Part shown: positions 42,109 to 52,600 of the stretch, piece by piece | How positions within the stretch are numbered: position 1 is the stretch's first letter | Layout: every line of letters begins with the position of its first letter | NCBI GenBank assembly: GCA_017559825.1 | Contig: JAFYQR010000093.1 | Location: forward strand, 1,099 to 65,098 | Direction: 5' to 3' | Source of the DNA: Thermoguttaceae bacterium | GTDB taxonomy: Bacteria > Planctomycetota > Planctomycetia > Pirellulales > Thermoguttaceae | Length of the DNA: 64,000 bases | Program-made: the position numbers and the translations under genes | The notes under the pieces: model-generated | Told to the model about the DNA's origin: nothing | The model's database searches: none | The model's input: only the letters and a program-made list of their open reading frames with translations

Positions 42109-45054
42109 ATGACGCCGGAACACGAAATTGCGCGCGATGAATTGGCGCTTCAGTACCTCGATCAGCTTCCGTTCGCGCCCTATCCGTTTCAGGAGGAGGC
42201 GATCTGCGCTTGGTTCGATTCGAAACAGGGCGTTCTCGTTTGCGCGCCGACCGGCATGGGGAAGACCGTCGTCGCCGAAGCCGGGCTCTACGAAGCGTTA
42301 AAAACAGGGAAACGCGCCTATTACACGACGCCGCTCATCGCGCTCACCGAACAAAAATACGTCGAGCTTCAAGAAGCCGCCGAGCGCTGGGGTTTCGACC
42401 GCTCCGACGTCGGGCTCGTTACCGGGAACCGCCGCGAAAACGTCGACGCGAAGATTCTCGTCGTCGTCGCCGAAATCTTGTTCAACCGTCTTTTAGCGTC
42501 GAACGTTTTCTCCGAGTTCGCCGAGCGTTCCGCGCCGACGGCGAGTCCGACGTCGTCCGACGCGAGTTCCGAGGGCCGTCCGAAAATTACCGCCGCGTCG
42601 TTGAACGCGAAAACTTCGCTGGCGACGAGTTGGGAAGACGACGCGCCGACGGCGAAAAAAACGGAGAACGAAGCGCCGAAAACGCCGATTCCGCGACCGC
42701 TTCCAGGCGCCGATCTTCCAACCGGCGCCGCGTTGGTCGCTCCGGAGCCGGACGCGCCGACCTTTTCGTTCGACGACGTTTCGGTCGTCGTGATGGACGA
42801 GTTTCACCAGTTCGCCGATCCGGAACGCGGCGTCGTTTGGGAGTTTACGCTCGGCCTTTTGCCGTCGCATATTCGAACGCTGCTGATTTCCGCGACGGTC
42901 GGCAACGCTTACGAGTTCGTCTCGTGGCTGCGAACGACCGCGAATCGCAAGCTCGATTTGGTGCAATCGACGGAACGCAAAACGCCGCTCGTTTACCGTT
43001 GGATCGGCGACCAGTTTTTACCGGAGCACCTCGAGTCGATGTGCGCCGGAACCGAGGACGAACGCCTGACGCCCGCGCTCGTCTTTTGCTTCAACCGCGA
43101 CGAATGCTGGGACGTCGCCGAAGTCGTTAAGGGACGCAACGTTATCGACGCGGCGCGGCAAAAGGCGATCGCCGACGAACTCGAAAATTACGATCTTCGC
43201 AACGGCGCCGGGCCGAAATTGCGCCAACTCTTGCTTCGCGGGATCGGCGTCCACCACGCGGGCGTTTTGCCGAAGAATCGACGGCTCGTCGAAACGTTGT
43301 TCCAAAAGAAGTTGCTGTCGTTTTGCGTCTGTACCGAAACCTTGGCGGCGGGTATCAACCTTCCGGCGCGCTCGGTCGTTTTGCCGACGCTGATGAAGGG
43401 CCCCCCCGGCGACAAAAAGTTGGTCGAATCGAGCTCGGCGCACCAAATTTTCGGGCGAGCCGGGCGTCCGCAGTTCGACGATTGCGGTTACGTTTTCGCC
43501 TTGGCGCACGAGGACGACGTTCGTATCGAGCGTTGGCGCGAGAAGTACGATCAAATTCCGGAGGACGTCAAAGACCCTAAACTCCGCGAAGCCAAGAAAA
43601 AGATGAAGAAAAAGGCGCCGACCCGCAACCCGCGCGAGCAATATTGGTCGGAGAAGCAGTTCGAGCAACTGCGCGAAGCCGCGCCGGGTAAGTTGACGAG
43701 TCGCGGCCCGCTTCCTTGGCGGCTTTTGGCGCACATGATCGAATCGAGTCCGGACGTCAAGCCGATTCGAACGCTGGTCGCGCGTCGTTTGACCGGGGCG
43801 AAGCGTTTGGACGCGATGAAAAAGTCGCTCGATCAAATGCTCTTAACTCTTTGGCGAGGCGGGTTTGCGCGTTTGGAACCGAATCCGGTCGCCTACGGAA
43901 TCCCGCAGACCGCCGCCGCGCTCGAAGCGCAACTCGAATTGCAGCGCGAACTTAAAGAGAAGGAGCGCAAGTCGAAACCGTTTGGCGCCGGTATTTTCGA
44001 CGACAAAACGCTCGTCGATCCGGCCTTCGACGGCTCCTTCGATCCGGACGCGTTCGAGAAAGAAAAAGCGCGAATCGAAGCGATCGAAACGTCCGAGCCG
44101 CAAGAGGTTGCGTCGAACGCGTTCGACTTTTTTGGCGGCGCCGACCTCTTCGATTCCGGAAACGGATCGCAAATCGCCGACGCTTCGGGACTTAACGATT
44201 TCGGACAAGACGTCGTCGAACCGGCGGAGGTCGCGGAGAAAAACGCTGAAAACGCGTCGCAACCCGCTGAAACGCAATCGGTTCCGTCGTTCGAACAAAC
44301 GGCGGCCGCGGCGGAGTTGGCGGCGTCGTACCAAGCGCTCCGCGCCTACCCGACCGAAAAGATGAAGACGCTGACTCGGCTTCGCGGCGTAAATCCAGTG
44401 TACGGCGCGTTTTTGCTCGAACAGCTGGGCGTCGCCGACCTCGCCGAGCGGATTCAAGCGTTCGAGAGTTTGCTCGAAACGCCGACGGCGGTCGCGCGTT
44501 CGCTTCGCGTCCCGAAACAAGACGAGCTGCCCGCCGGGCGTCTCGCGACGGCGCGTTTGGATAAAACGTTATTGCAACGCGGGTTAGCTTCGGTCGAGGA
44601 ACTAGTTCCGCGCTCAGAGGAAGAAGAGCGCGAGGCGTGGGAAAAGCGTCGGCGTTTCGGCGGCGCCTTCGAGGAGCGCGTTTACGTTTTGCCGTTCGCG
44701 GAGAAGTTGAAGCGGCTCTTCGATTTCGAGTATCCCGGCGTTCCGGTGCGCGTCGCGCCTGTTTGGGCGGCGGGCGAGCTGATTCTCGACTTCAAAGGCG
44801 ACTTTAATAAGTACATAACCGTCAAGCGTTTGCAGAAGCAAGAAGGCGTCGTGTTTCGCCATTTGCTCCGTTTGATTTTGTTGATCGAAGAGTTTGTCGA
44901 GCTCGAGCCGGTCGAAGGCGACGTCCTTCAATGGCGCGCCGAGTTGCAAACGTTCGCCGAACAGCTGGTCGAGTGTTGCCGTAAAATCGACCCGTCGAGC
45001 GTCGAGGAAACGCTGAACGTGTCGAAACGCTCCGACGTCTTCGATAAAAAATAA
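42109..45054 (+). CDS. Ski2-like DEAD/DEAH-box helicase with long C-terminal extension (DUF3516-type by memory)
   Basis: Track ORF 42016..45054; I prefer ATG 42109. Motif I CAPTGMGKT, motif II MDEFH, ISATVGN, and motif VI HQIFGRAGRPQFD. Confidence 0.85.
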   Translation: MTPEHEIARDELALQYLDQLPFAPYPFQEEAICAWFDSKQGVLVCAPTGMGKTVVAEAGLYEALKTGKRAYYTTPLIALTEQKYVELQEAAERWGFDRSDVGLVTGNRRENVDAKILVVVAEILFNRLLASNVFSEFAERSAPTASPTSSDASSEGRPKITAASLNAKTSLATSWEDDAPTAKKTENEAPKTPIPRPLPGADLPTGAALVAPEPDAPTFSFDDVSVVVMDEFHQFADPERGVVWEFTLGLLPSHIRTLLISATVGNAYEFVSWLRTTANRKLDLVQSTERKTPLVYRWIGDQFLPEHLESMCAGTEDERLTPALVFCFNRDECWDVAEVVKGRNVIDAARQKAIADELENYDLRNGAGPKLRQLLLRGIGVHHAGVLPKNRRLVETLFQKKLLSFCVCTETLAAGINLPARSVVLPTLMKGPPGDKKLVESSSAHQIFGRAGRPQFDDCGYVFALAHEDDVRIERWREKYDQIPEDVKDPKLREAKKKMKKKAPTRNPREQYWSEKQFEQLREAAPGKLTSRGPLPWRLLAHMIESSPDVKPIRTLVARRLTGAKRLDAMKKSLDQMLLTLWRGGFARLEPNPVAYGIPQTAAALEAQLELQRELKEKERKSKPFGAGIFDDKTLVDPAFDGSFDPDAFEKEKARIEAIETSEPQEVASNAFDFFGGADLFDSGNGSQIADASGLNDFGQDVVEPAEVAEKNAENASQPAETQSVPSFEQTAAAAELAASYQALRAYPTEKMKTLTRLRGVNPVYGAFLLEQLGVADLAERIQAFESLLETPTAVARSLRVPKQDELPAGRLATARLDKTLLQRGLASVEELVPRSEEEEREAWEKRRRFGGAFEERVYVLPFAEKLKRLFDFEYPGVPVRVAPVWAAGELILDFKGDFNKYITVKRLQKQEGVVFRHLLRLILLIEEFVELEPVEGDVLQWRAELQTFAEQLVECCRKIDPSSVEETLNVSKRSDVFDKK

Positions 45055-45235
45055 CGCGAAAAGAACGGCTTAAACGACCGAACGACAACGCGTTGCGTTT
45101 GTGATTTATATCGCCGACGGAAGCGAGTTTTCGCTTGTCGCCGCGCTTATCGATTTTTTAGTTATTCGCGCGATTTAATTTTTACCGCGAACGCCGGTTG
45201 AAAACGAATCGCAACCGACCGAAAGGACACGACTT

Positions 45236-47353
45236 ATGAAGAGACGTTTTGCGCTCGCCGCAGCTTTGGCTCTCGGCTCGTTTTTCCCGTCTTTCGACGC
45301 TCGCGCCGACGAAGGCATGTGGCTTTTCTCGAATCCGCCGACGCGCCAAATCAAGGAAAAATACGGGTTTGACGCGACTCCGGAGTTCCTCGAAAACCTG
45401 CAAAAATCGAGCGTTCGCTTCGGTTCCGGCGGCAGCGGCTCGTTTGTGTCGTCGAACGGTCTTATCATGACGAACCATCACGTCGCGCTTTCGACGCTCG
45501 CGGCCATCAGCACGGCGGAGAAAGACTATGTTGCGAACGGCTTTAGAGCGGAAAAACTCGAAGACGAAATCAAGTGCCCGAATCCCGGCTTGATCGTTTT
45601 GCAAGAGATCGTCGACGTAACGGAGCAAATCGAAGCCGCGCTGTCCGACGCGGCTCCCGCCGAAGCCGAAGCGATTCGCAAGGAAACGATCGCGAAAATT
45701 CAAGCGGATGCCAACGCCGAAAAAGGCTTGCGCTGCGAAGTCGTAACGCTATACCAAGGAGGACTTTATCATCTCTATTGTTACAAAGAAATCAAAGACG
45801 TGCGACTCGTTTTCGCGCCGGAGGAAAGCGTCGGCTTTTTCGGCGGCGACCCGGACAACTTCGAGTATCCGCGCTACAACCTTGACGTTACGTTCTTTCG
45901 CGCTTACGAAAACGGCGAGCCGATGAAGACGGAACACTTCCTTAAATGGAGCGATAACGGCGCTTCGGAAGGCGACCTTGTCTTCGTTTCGGGGCACCCG
46001 GCGCGCACGAACCGCTTCAACACCGTCGCCGACCTGCAATATCAACGCGACGTTTACTACCCGCACATGATGAACAAGTATCGTCGACGCGAGGTAGCGT
46101 ATCAAGTTTTTGGCTCCGAAAACGACGAAAACGCCCGTCGTATCGCGACTTCGCTCTTCCGCATTCAAAACTCGCGCAAGAATCGCGGCGGGATTTTGAA
46201 CGGTTTGCAAACGGTCGCGCTGATGCAAAAGAAGATCGATGCGGAAAACGAATTGCGTAAACTCGCCGCCGAAAAGAACTTAATCGACGCCGCGAACGAT
46301 CCGTGGAAACAAGTCGAAACGATTATGGCCGGGTGGCGCGGGCGTTACCTCGCTCACGATCTCCTCGAAGCGAACGAAGCGTTCACGAGCGCGACGGTGG
46401 CTAAAGCGCGTAGTATCGTGCGTTACGTTTCCGAAATGGCGAAACCGGAAGCCGAGCGTCTCCCGGCGTATCGCGGCGATTCCCTCGAAGGAACGCGCGA
46501 CGGTCTTCTCGGCGATTTCGGGGGCGACGCCGATATTGAAACGATGATGTTGACCGACGGTCTGTCGATGCTTTACGAATATTCGAAGGCGGTCGACGGC
46601 GGGCGCGCGCTCGACGCCGTCGTGATTCCGCAAGCCGACTTCGACGGGATTTTCGACGGACTTTCGCCGAAATCTCGCGCGACGCAAATCATTCAAAAAT
46701 CGCGGCTTAAAGATCGTGAATTCCGCGAATCTCTTGTCGATATGAGCTGGGAAGAATTGCAAAAATCGGACGATCCGGCGATTCGTTTGGCGCTGGCCGT
46801 CGAGCCAACCGCTCGCATGCTCCGCGATTACAACGAAGCGGAGGTCGCCGGGCCGTCTCGCGTCGCCTACGCGAAGATTGCGAAGATTCGTTTCGCCGTT
46901 TACGGAACGGAAGTCTACCCGGACGCGACGTTTACGCTCCGTTTGTCCTATGGGAAAGCCGCCGGCTACACGGAAGACGACGGAACGCAAATCCCGTTCG
47001 AAACGAAAGTTAGCGGCGCGTATGCTCACGCTCGCGAGCATAACTTCGCCGATCCGTTCGACTTATCGCAATCGTGGCTCGACGCGGAAGCCGCCGGCAA
47101 AGCGCCGATGGACGCGCCGATCAACTTTGTTACGACGAACGACATTATCGGCGGCAACTCCGGGAGCCCCGCCGTCAACACGAAGGGCGAAGTCGTCGGA
47201 CTAATTTTCGACGGGAACATCCAATCTCTCGTGGCGAACTTCACTTACGAAGACGAGGTTTCCCGCGCCGTTCTCGTTCACTCGACCGGGATTCGCGAAG
47301 TCGTGCGCGGCGTTTACGATTTGCCGCAAATCGCCGACGAACTCGGAAAATAA
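45236..47353 (+). CDS. S46 family serine peptidase (dipeptidyl-peptidase 7/11-like)
   Basis: Signal peptide followed by ADEGMWLFSNPP. Catalytic-triad contexts IMTNHHVA and GGNSGSPAVNTKGEVVGLIFDGN. Confidence 0.9.
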   Translation: MKRRFALAAALALGSFFPSFDARADEGMWLFSNPPTRQIKEKYGFDATPEFLENLQKSSVRFGSGGSGSFVSSNGLIMTNHHVALSTLAAISTAEKDYVANGFRAEKLEDEIKCPNPGLIVLQEIVDVTEQIEAALSDAAPAEAEAIRKETIAKIQADANAEKGLRCEVVTLYQGGLYHLYCYKEIKDVRLVFAPEESVGFFGGDPDNFEYPRYNLDVTFFRAYENGEPMKTEHFLKWSDNGASEGDLVFVSGHPARTNRFNTVADLQYQRDVYYPHMMNKYRRREVAYQVFGSENDENARRIATSLFRIQNSRKNRGGILNGLQTVALMQKKIDAENELRKLAAEKNLIDAANDPWKQVETIMAGWRGRYLAHDLLEANEAFTSATVAKARSIVRYVSEMAKPEAERLPAYRGDSLEGTRDGLLGDFGGDADIETMMLTDGLSMLYEYSKAVDGGRALDAVVIPQADFDGIFDGLSPKSRATQIIQKSRLKDREFRESLVDMSWEELQKSDDPAIRLALAVEPTARMLRDYNEAEVAGPSRVAYAKIAKIRFAVYGTEVYPDATFTLRLSYGKAAGYTEDDGTQIPFETKVSGAYAHAREHNFADPFDLSQSWLDAEAAGKAPMDAPINFVTTNDIIGGNSGSPAVNTKGEVVGLIFDGNIQSLVANFTYEDEVSRAVLVHSTGIREVVRGVYDLPQIADELGK

Positions 47354-47515
47354 GCGCTGAAAACGTTTAGCGTATATAGTTCGGGCGATTTAACGCTTAG
47401 CGCGGCGTTCGTTCGAAAGAGCGGACGCCGCTAACCCTTGCAAAGAAAGACGTTGCGAACGATTTTCGCTTCGTCGGCGACTCTTGGACGCGTCGATAAG
47501 ACGCGATTTTCAAAA

Positions 47516-48148
47516 ATGGCAAAACGACCTTATTTAATTTTCGGCACCGGCAACGCGCACAAGGGAATCGAAGCGACGGAAATCGTCGCGCCGACTGGGG
47601 TTACGTTGCGTACGCTCGCCGAGTTTCCGGAAGCGATCGACGTCGTCGAGGACGGCGAAACGTTCGCCGAAAACGCGCGCAAGAAAGCGATCGAGCAAGC
47701 GCGACATTTGCAAACCTTTGTTCTCGCGGAAGATAGCGGGATTTGCGTCGACTTTTTGAACGGCGAGCCCGGCGTTCGTTCGGCGCGATTCGCCGGCGAG
47801 AATCCGCGTTCCGACCAACGCAACAACGAGTTTTTAATCGAAAAATTGGCGAACGTTCCGCTCGAAAAGCGAACCGCGCGTTACGTTTGTCATATGGTTC
47901 TCGCCGATCCGACCGGCGTCGTCGAGTTTGAAGCGGAGGAATATTGCCGCGGTCGCATTTTGCTTAAACCGAGCGGAGACAATGGGTTCGGTTACGATCC
48001 GTTGTTCGAAGTCGTCGAGTTTCACCGCACGTTCGGCGAGCTAGCGCCGGAGATTAAGCGTGCGATCAGCCACCGGGCGCGAGCGACGCGGCGCCTGATT
48101 CCGAAACTATACGAACTTGTCGCCGCAGGAAAACTGCCGACGAGGTAA
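47516..48148 (+). CDS. rdgB: non-canonical purine NTP pyrophosphatase (RdgB/HAM1 family)
   Basis: Track ORF 47438..48148; ATG 47516 gives MAKRPYLIFGTGNAHKGIE. Also EDSGICVD...GEPGVRSARF and GFGYDPLF...ISHRARA. Confidence 0.9.
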   Translation: MAKRPYLIFGTGNAHKGIEATEIVAPTGVTLRTLAEFPEAIDVVEDGETFAENARKKAIEQARHLQTFVLAEDSGICVDFLNGEPGVRSARFAGENPRSDQRNNEFLIEKLANVPLEKRTARYVCHMVLADPTGVVEFEAEEYCRGRILLKPSGDNGFGYDPLFEVVEFHRTFGELAPEIKRAISHRARATRRLIPKLYELVAAGKLPTR

Positions 48149-48259
48149 GTCGTTCCAATAAAACGGTTGTGTGGATTTTCGCGCAAAATCGGGACGCGGC
48201 GCGCGACGCGATTTCGCGCTGTTTTGAAGTCTAACCGCTTTTGACAAAAGAAGATAACG

Positions 48260-49525
48260 ATGGAAAATCTTAGCGAATATTGTTTGCGCGTCGCCAAGGA
48301 CGCGAAGAAAGCCTCGCGAGCGTTGGCCGCCGTTTCCGGCGCCAAGAAAAACGAGTGGATTAACCTCTGCGCCGACAAACTGTTAGAGCGTAAAGACGAG
48401 ATTCTCGCCGAAAACGCGAAAGACCTTGAAGCCGCGCGGCAAAACGGCTTGAAACCGTCGATGATCGACCGCTTAACCTTGTCGGAGAAGACGTTAAGCG
48501 AGATGGCGACGGCGTTGCGAGAAATCGCCGCGTTTCCGGATCCTATCGGCGCGACGATCGAGTCGACGATTCGTCCGAACGGTTTGGAAGTGCGCAAAGT
48601 GCGGACTCCGATCGGCGTCGTTTTCTTCGTTTACGAATCGCGTCCGAACGTAACGACCGACGCCGCCGCCATTTGCGTCAAAAGCGGAAACGCCGTCGTC
48701 TTGCGCGGCGGCAAGGAAGCGTTTCATTCGAATACGATTTTGGGACGCGTTCTCGCCGACGCGGCGCGGGAAGTCGGTTTGCCGGAATGCGCGGCGCAAC
48801 TTTTGAACACGACGGATCGTAACGCCGTCGACGAGTTCCTGCGCATGCCGCAATATGTCGACGTCGCGATTCCGCGCGGCGGCGAAGCGTTGGTAAAACG
48901 CGTTGCCGAAAATGCGCAAATGCCGGTGATTAAACACTTTGCAGGAAATTGCCACCTTTACGTCGACAAAGACGCCGATTTGGAGATTGCAAAGAAAGTG
49001 TTAGTCAACTCGAAGTGCCAGCGTCTCGGGACTTGCAACACGGTCGAGTCGCTTGTCGTTCACTCGGCCGTCGCGGCGGACGCGCTTCCGCAACTCCTTG
49101 CGGCGCTTGCGGATAACGGAGTCGAGATTCGCGGCGACGAACGGACGCGCTCGCTTGCTCCGAGCGTTTCCGTTTCGGAGGCGACCGAGGACGATTTTTA
49201 TCGCGAGTATTTGGCGGCGATTATTTCCGTTAAAGTCGTCGATTCGATCGAAGAGGCGATCGAACACATTAACGAACACAGTTCCGGGCACACGGAAGTT
49301 ATTGTTACGAAAGATGTTAAGGCTTCGAGAAAGTTCGCGGCCGAAATCGACAGCGCGGCGGTGATGATTAACGCCAGTTCGCGTTTGCACGACGGCGGGC
49401 AGTTTGGGCTCGGCGCCGAAATCGGTATCAGCACGGACAAGTTTCATGTGCGCGGCCCGTGCGGCGTCGACGATTTAACAAGTTATAAATACGTCGTTTA
49501 CGGCGACGGAATTTTGCGCGTCTAG
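48260..49525 (+). CDS. proA: glutamate-5-semialdehyde dehydrogenase (gamma-glutamyl phosphate reductase)
   Basis: Collinear with ProA: NAKDLEAARQNGLKPSMIDRLTL, VYESRPNVTTDAAAICVKSGNAVVLRGGKEA, catalytic-Cys context GTCNTVESLVVH and NASSRLHDGGQFGLGAEIGIST. Confidence 0.93.
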   Translation: MENLSEYCLRVAKDAKKASRALAAVSGAKKNEWINLCADKLLERKDEILAENAKDLEAARQNGLKPSMIDRLTLSEKTLSEMATALREIAAFPDPIGATIESTIRPNGLEVRKVRTPIGVVFFVYESRPNVTTDAAAICVKSGNAVVLRGGKEAFHSNTILGRVLADAAREVGLPECAAQLLNTTDRNAVDEFLRMPQYVDVAIPRGGEALVKRVAENAQMPVIKHFAGNCHLYVDKDADLEIAKKVLVNSKCQRLGTCNTVESLVVHSAVAADALPQLLAALADNGVEIRGDERTRSLAPSVSVSEATEDDFYREYLAAIISVKVVDSIEEAIEHINEHSSGHTEVIVTKDVKASRKFAAEIDSAAVMINASSRLHDGGQFGLGAEIGISTDKFHVRGPCGVDDLTSYKYVVYGDGILRV

Positions 49526-49590
49526 CGTTTGTCGCGGCGTCTTGGGAATCGGCGTTTTACGGCGTCGATTCCAATTTTAGAACGGAACGA

Positions 49591-49625
49591 ACCGGCGTTT
49601 GTCGACGCAAACGTCGGTTTTTATT
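49591..49625 (+). terminator. rho-independent terminator after proA
   Basis: accggcgtttg / caaacgtcggt (11 bp, one G-U pair), 6-nt loop, then tttttattt. Confidence 0.55.
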
Positions 49626-49661
49626 TGGTTTGCGTCGGCGTTTATTCGACAATAGTTATCG

Positions 49662-52600
49662 ATGAGTTCTCAAGTTTCGTTGCATCGCGTTCAACGTAAG
49701 TTGGCCCGAGTGTTCCTTTTAGATCGCGAGCCGTTGCGCCGCCGTTTCGTTCGTTTACAACAAGAGTTCGAAAAGTTGGCGCGAGAGCGAGCCGAAGAAA
49801 CGCAAAATGCCAAGCTGCAAAGCGTTGGGCCGATTGAAGACGCGCCGTTAGGACGTTGGGAACGGCAGGTTCGCGAGCTTTTGGACGATTGCGACGCGTC
49901 GATAGAAAAAGTCGAACGTCGTCGAAAGTCTTTTCCGAGAATTACTTACGATTTGAATTTGCCCGTTTCGGAACGTCGCGAAGAATTGAAAAAATTGATC
50001 GCGGAGAACCAGGTCGTCGTCGTTTGCGGCGAAACGGGAAGCGGAAAGTCGACGCAACTACCTAAAATTTGTTTAGAGCTTGGTTTAGGCGCTCGCGGTT
50101 TGATCGGGCACACGCAGCCGCGACGGCTTGCAGCTCGTTCCATCGCTCAACGCGTCGCCGACGAATTGCAAACGCCGTTGGGACAACATGTTGGGTATAA
50201 GGTGCGTTTCAACGACGAGACGTCGGAAAAGACGCTGATCAAGCTGATGACCGACGGGATTCTTCTCGCCGAATCGCAAAACGACCGATTTTTTAACCGT
50301 TACGAGGTTATTATCGTCGACGAGGCGCACGAACGCTCGCTCAACATCGACTTTTTGCTCGGCATGATGAAGCGCGTGCTGCGGACGCGGCGCGATCTCA
50401 AACTGATTATCACATCGGCGACCATTGACGCAAAACGTTTCGCTGAACATTTTACGACAAACGGCAAGCCGGCGCCGATTATCGAAATTTCCGGACGAAC
50501 CTATCCGATTGAAATCATCTACCGCCCGGTCGACGAGTGGAAACTGCGCCGCGAAGAGCGGGAGCAAGAAAATAGTTTTGATTTCGGAGATCGCAACTCA
50601 ACCGAACGCAACGGGTTGCGGCGGCGCGAACTCGACGACGAAGACGCGTTCGAAGCGACGCTTCTCGAAGCGGTCGACGAGTTGGCGCGACGCGAACGGG
50701 GCGACATGCTGATTTTTATGCCGACAGAGCGCGATATTTTCGAAACCGCTAAACTGTTGAAAAAACACGCGATACCGGGCGACGACTCGCGGAGAAAAAC
50801 GGAAATTTTGCCTCTTTACGCGCGGCTTCCGGCGACCGAGCAGCAGAAGATTTTTGGCAAAACAAGTTGGCGCAAAATCGTCGTCGCGACGAACGTCGCC
50901 GAATCGTCGCTGACGGTGCCTGGGATTCGTTACGTAATCGATCCCGGCACGGCTCGCGTAAGTCGTTATTCGGCAAGATCTAAAACGCAACGGCTTCCGG
51001 TCGAGCCGATTTCGCAAGCGTCGGCGGATCAGCGGGCCGGGCGGTGCGGGCGCGTCGGGCCGGGCGTTTGCGTCCGACTTTTTAGCGAGCGAGACTACTT
51101 GGCGCGGCCGCGCTACACGACGCCGGAAATTCAGCGCACGAATTTAGCGTCGGTGATCTTGCAAACGAAAGCGCTCAAACTCGGCGCCGTCGAACGATTT
51201 CCGTTTATCGACCCGCCGCGCAACGCTTCCATAATTGACGGTTATAAAACGCTTTACGAACTTGGCGCGGTCGACGAGAAGAACGAGTTGACCGAAATCG
51301 GACGTAAGTTGAGTCGACTCCCGATCGACCCGCGCGTCGGACGGATGATTTTCGCGGCGGACGAAGAGAACGCCTTGCGCGAAATTTTGATCATCGCCGG
51401 GGCCCTCGAAATTCAAGACCCTCGGGAAAGACCGCGCGAACAACAGGAAAAAGCGGACGAAAAGCACGCGCCGTTCCTCGATGAAAACAGCGACTTTATG
51501 TCGTATCTAAAACTTTGGGATTTTTGGCAGAATTTGAAGGAAAAAACGTCGCGCAACCAATTGCGCAAGGCGTGTAGAGAGAATTTTCTCTCGTTCAATC
51601 GAATGCGCGAGTGGTCGGACGTTTACGTTCAGTTGTTGCAACTTGTTAAAGAACAAAAACTTGAAGTTAAAAAGCGGCGGGACGATTACGACGCGATTCA
51701 CCGTTCGATTTTGACCGGGTTGCTATACGGCGTCGCGCAGAAAGAAGAGACCGGTTCGGAGTACCGCTCGACGAACTCCGGAAAGTTCGTCCTTTGGCCG
51801 GGTTCCGGGCTGAAAAAGAAACCCGCGTGGGTTGTCGGCGCCGAGCGCTTGGAGACGACGCGAGCGTATTTACGGACTGTCGCGCGCATAAATCCCGATT
51901 GGATCGAGGAAATCGGCGGACGGCTCCTCGAGCGGACGCGGCGCGACCCGTATTGGAACCGCGAAACAGGCTGCGTTCACGCTTACGAACGAGCGACGCT
52001 TTACGGTTTGACGATCATTCCAAAACGTCGCGTCAATTTCGGGCCGATCGACCCCGTTAAGTCGCGTCAAATATTTATTTACGAAGCTTTGGTGAATCGC
52101 GATTTCGACTGTTCGCTGACGTTTTTCGAACGAAACCGCGATACGTTCGAGGAGGCCGAGCGGCTTCGCGACAAGTTGCGCAAGTACGATTTCGTGAAAT
52201 CGCTCGACGCGATTTACGATTTTTACGATACGAAGATTCCGGAAACCGTCTACGACGCCGTTTCGCTAAAAAAGTGGTGGAAGCGGGCGCCGCAAAAGAA
52301 GCGAGAAGCGTTGTTTGCGAAACTCGAAGATTTTTGCGAAGGCGCGGTCGACGCCGAGACCGCGGCGGCGTTTCCGGACGAAGCGTCGTTTGGCGGCGAG
52401 TCGCAACTTCCTTTGCGATACCGATTTAGCCCGGGAGAAACAGACGACGGCGTATCGTTGATCGTGCCGCTCGAAGGACTGCGTCAACTTGAAACGCGAC
52501 GGCTTGGCTGGCTGGTGCCGGGGCTTCTCGAACAGAAAGTCGTTGCGCTTTTGAAGACGCTTCCGAAGGAAATTCGGCGCGAAATCGTTCCGATTCCGGA

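Noticed and set aside
41754-45054. Possible genomic island integrated at tRNA-Arg
   Set aside because: There is no integrase, no direct repeat of the tRNA 3' end that I could see, and no compositional break. The downstream genes (helicase, S46 peptidase, rdgB, proA, hrpA) look like core genes.
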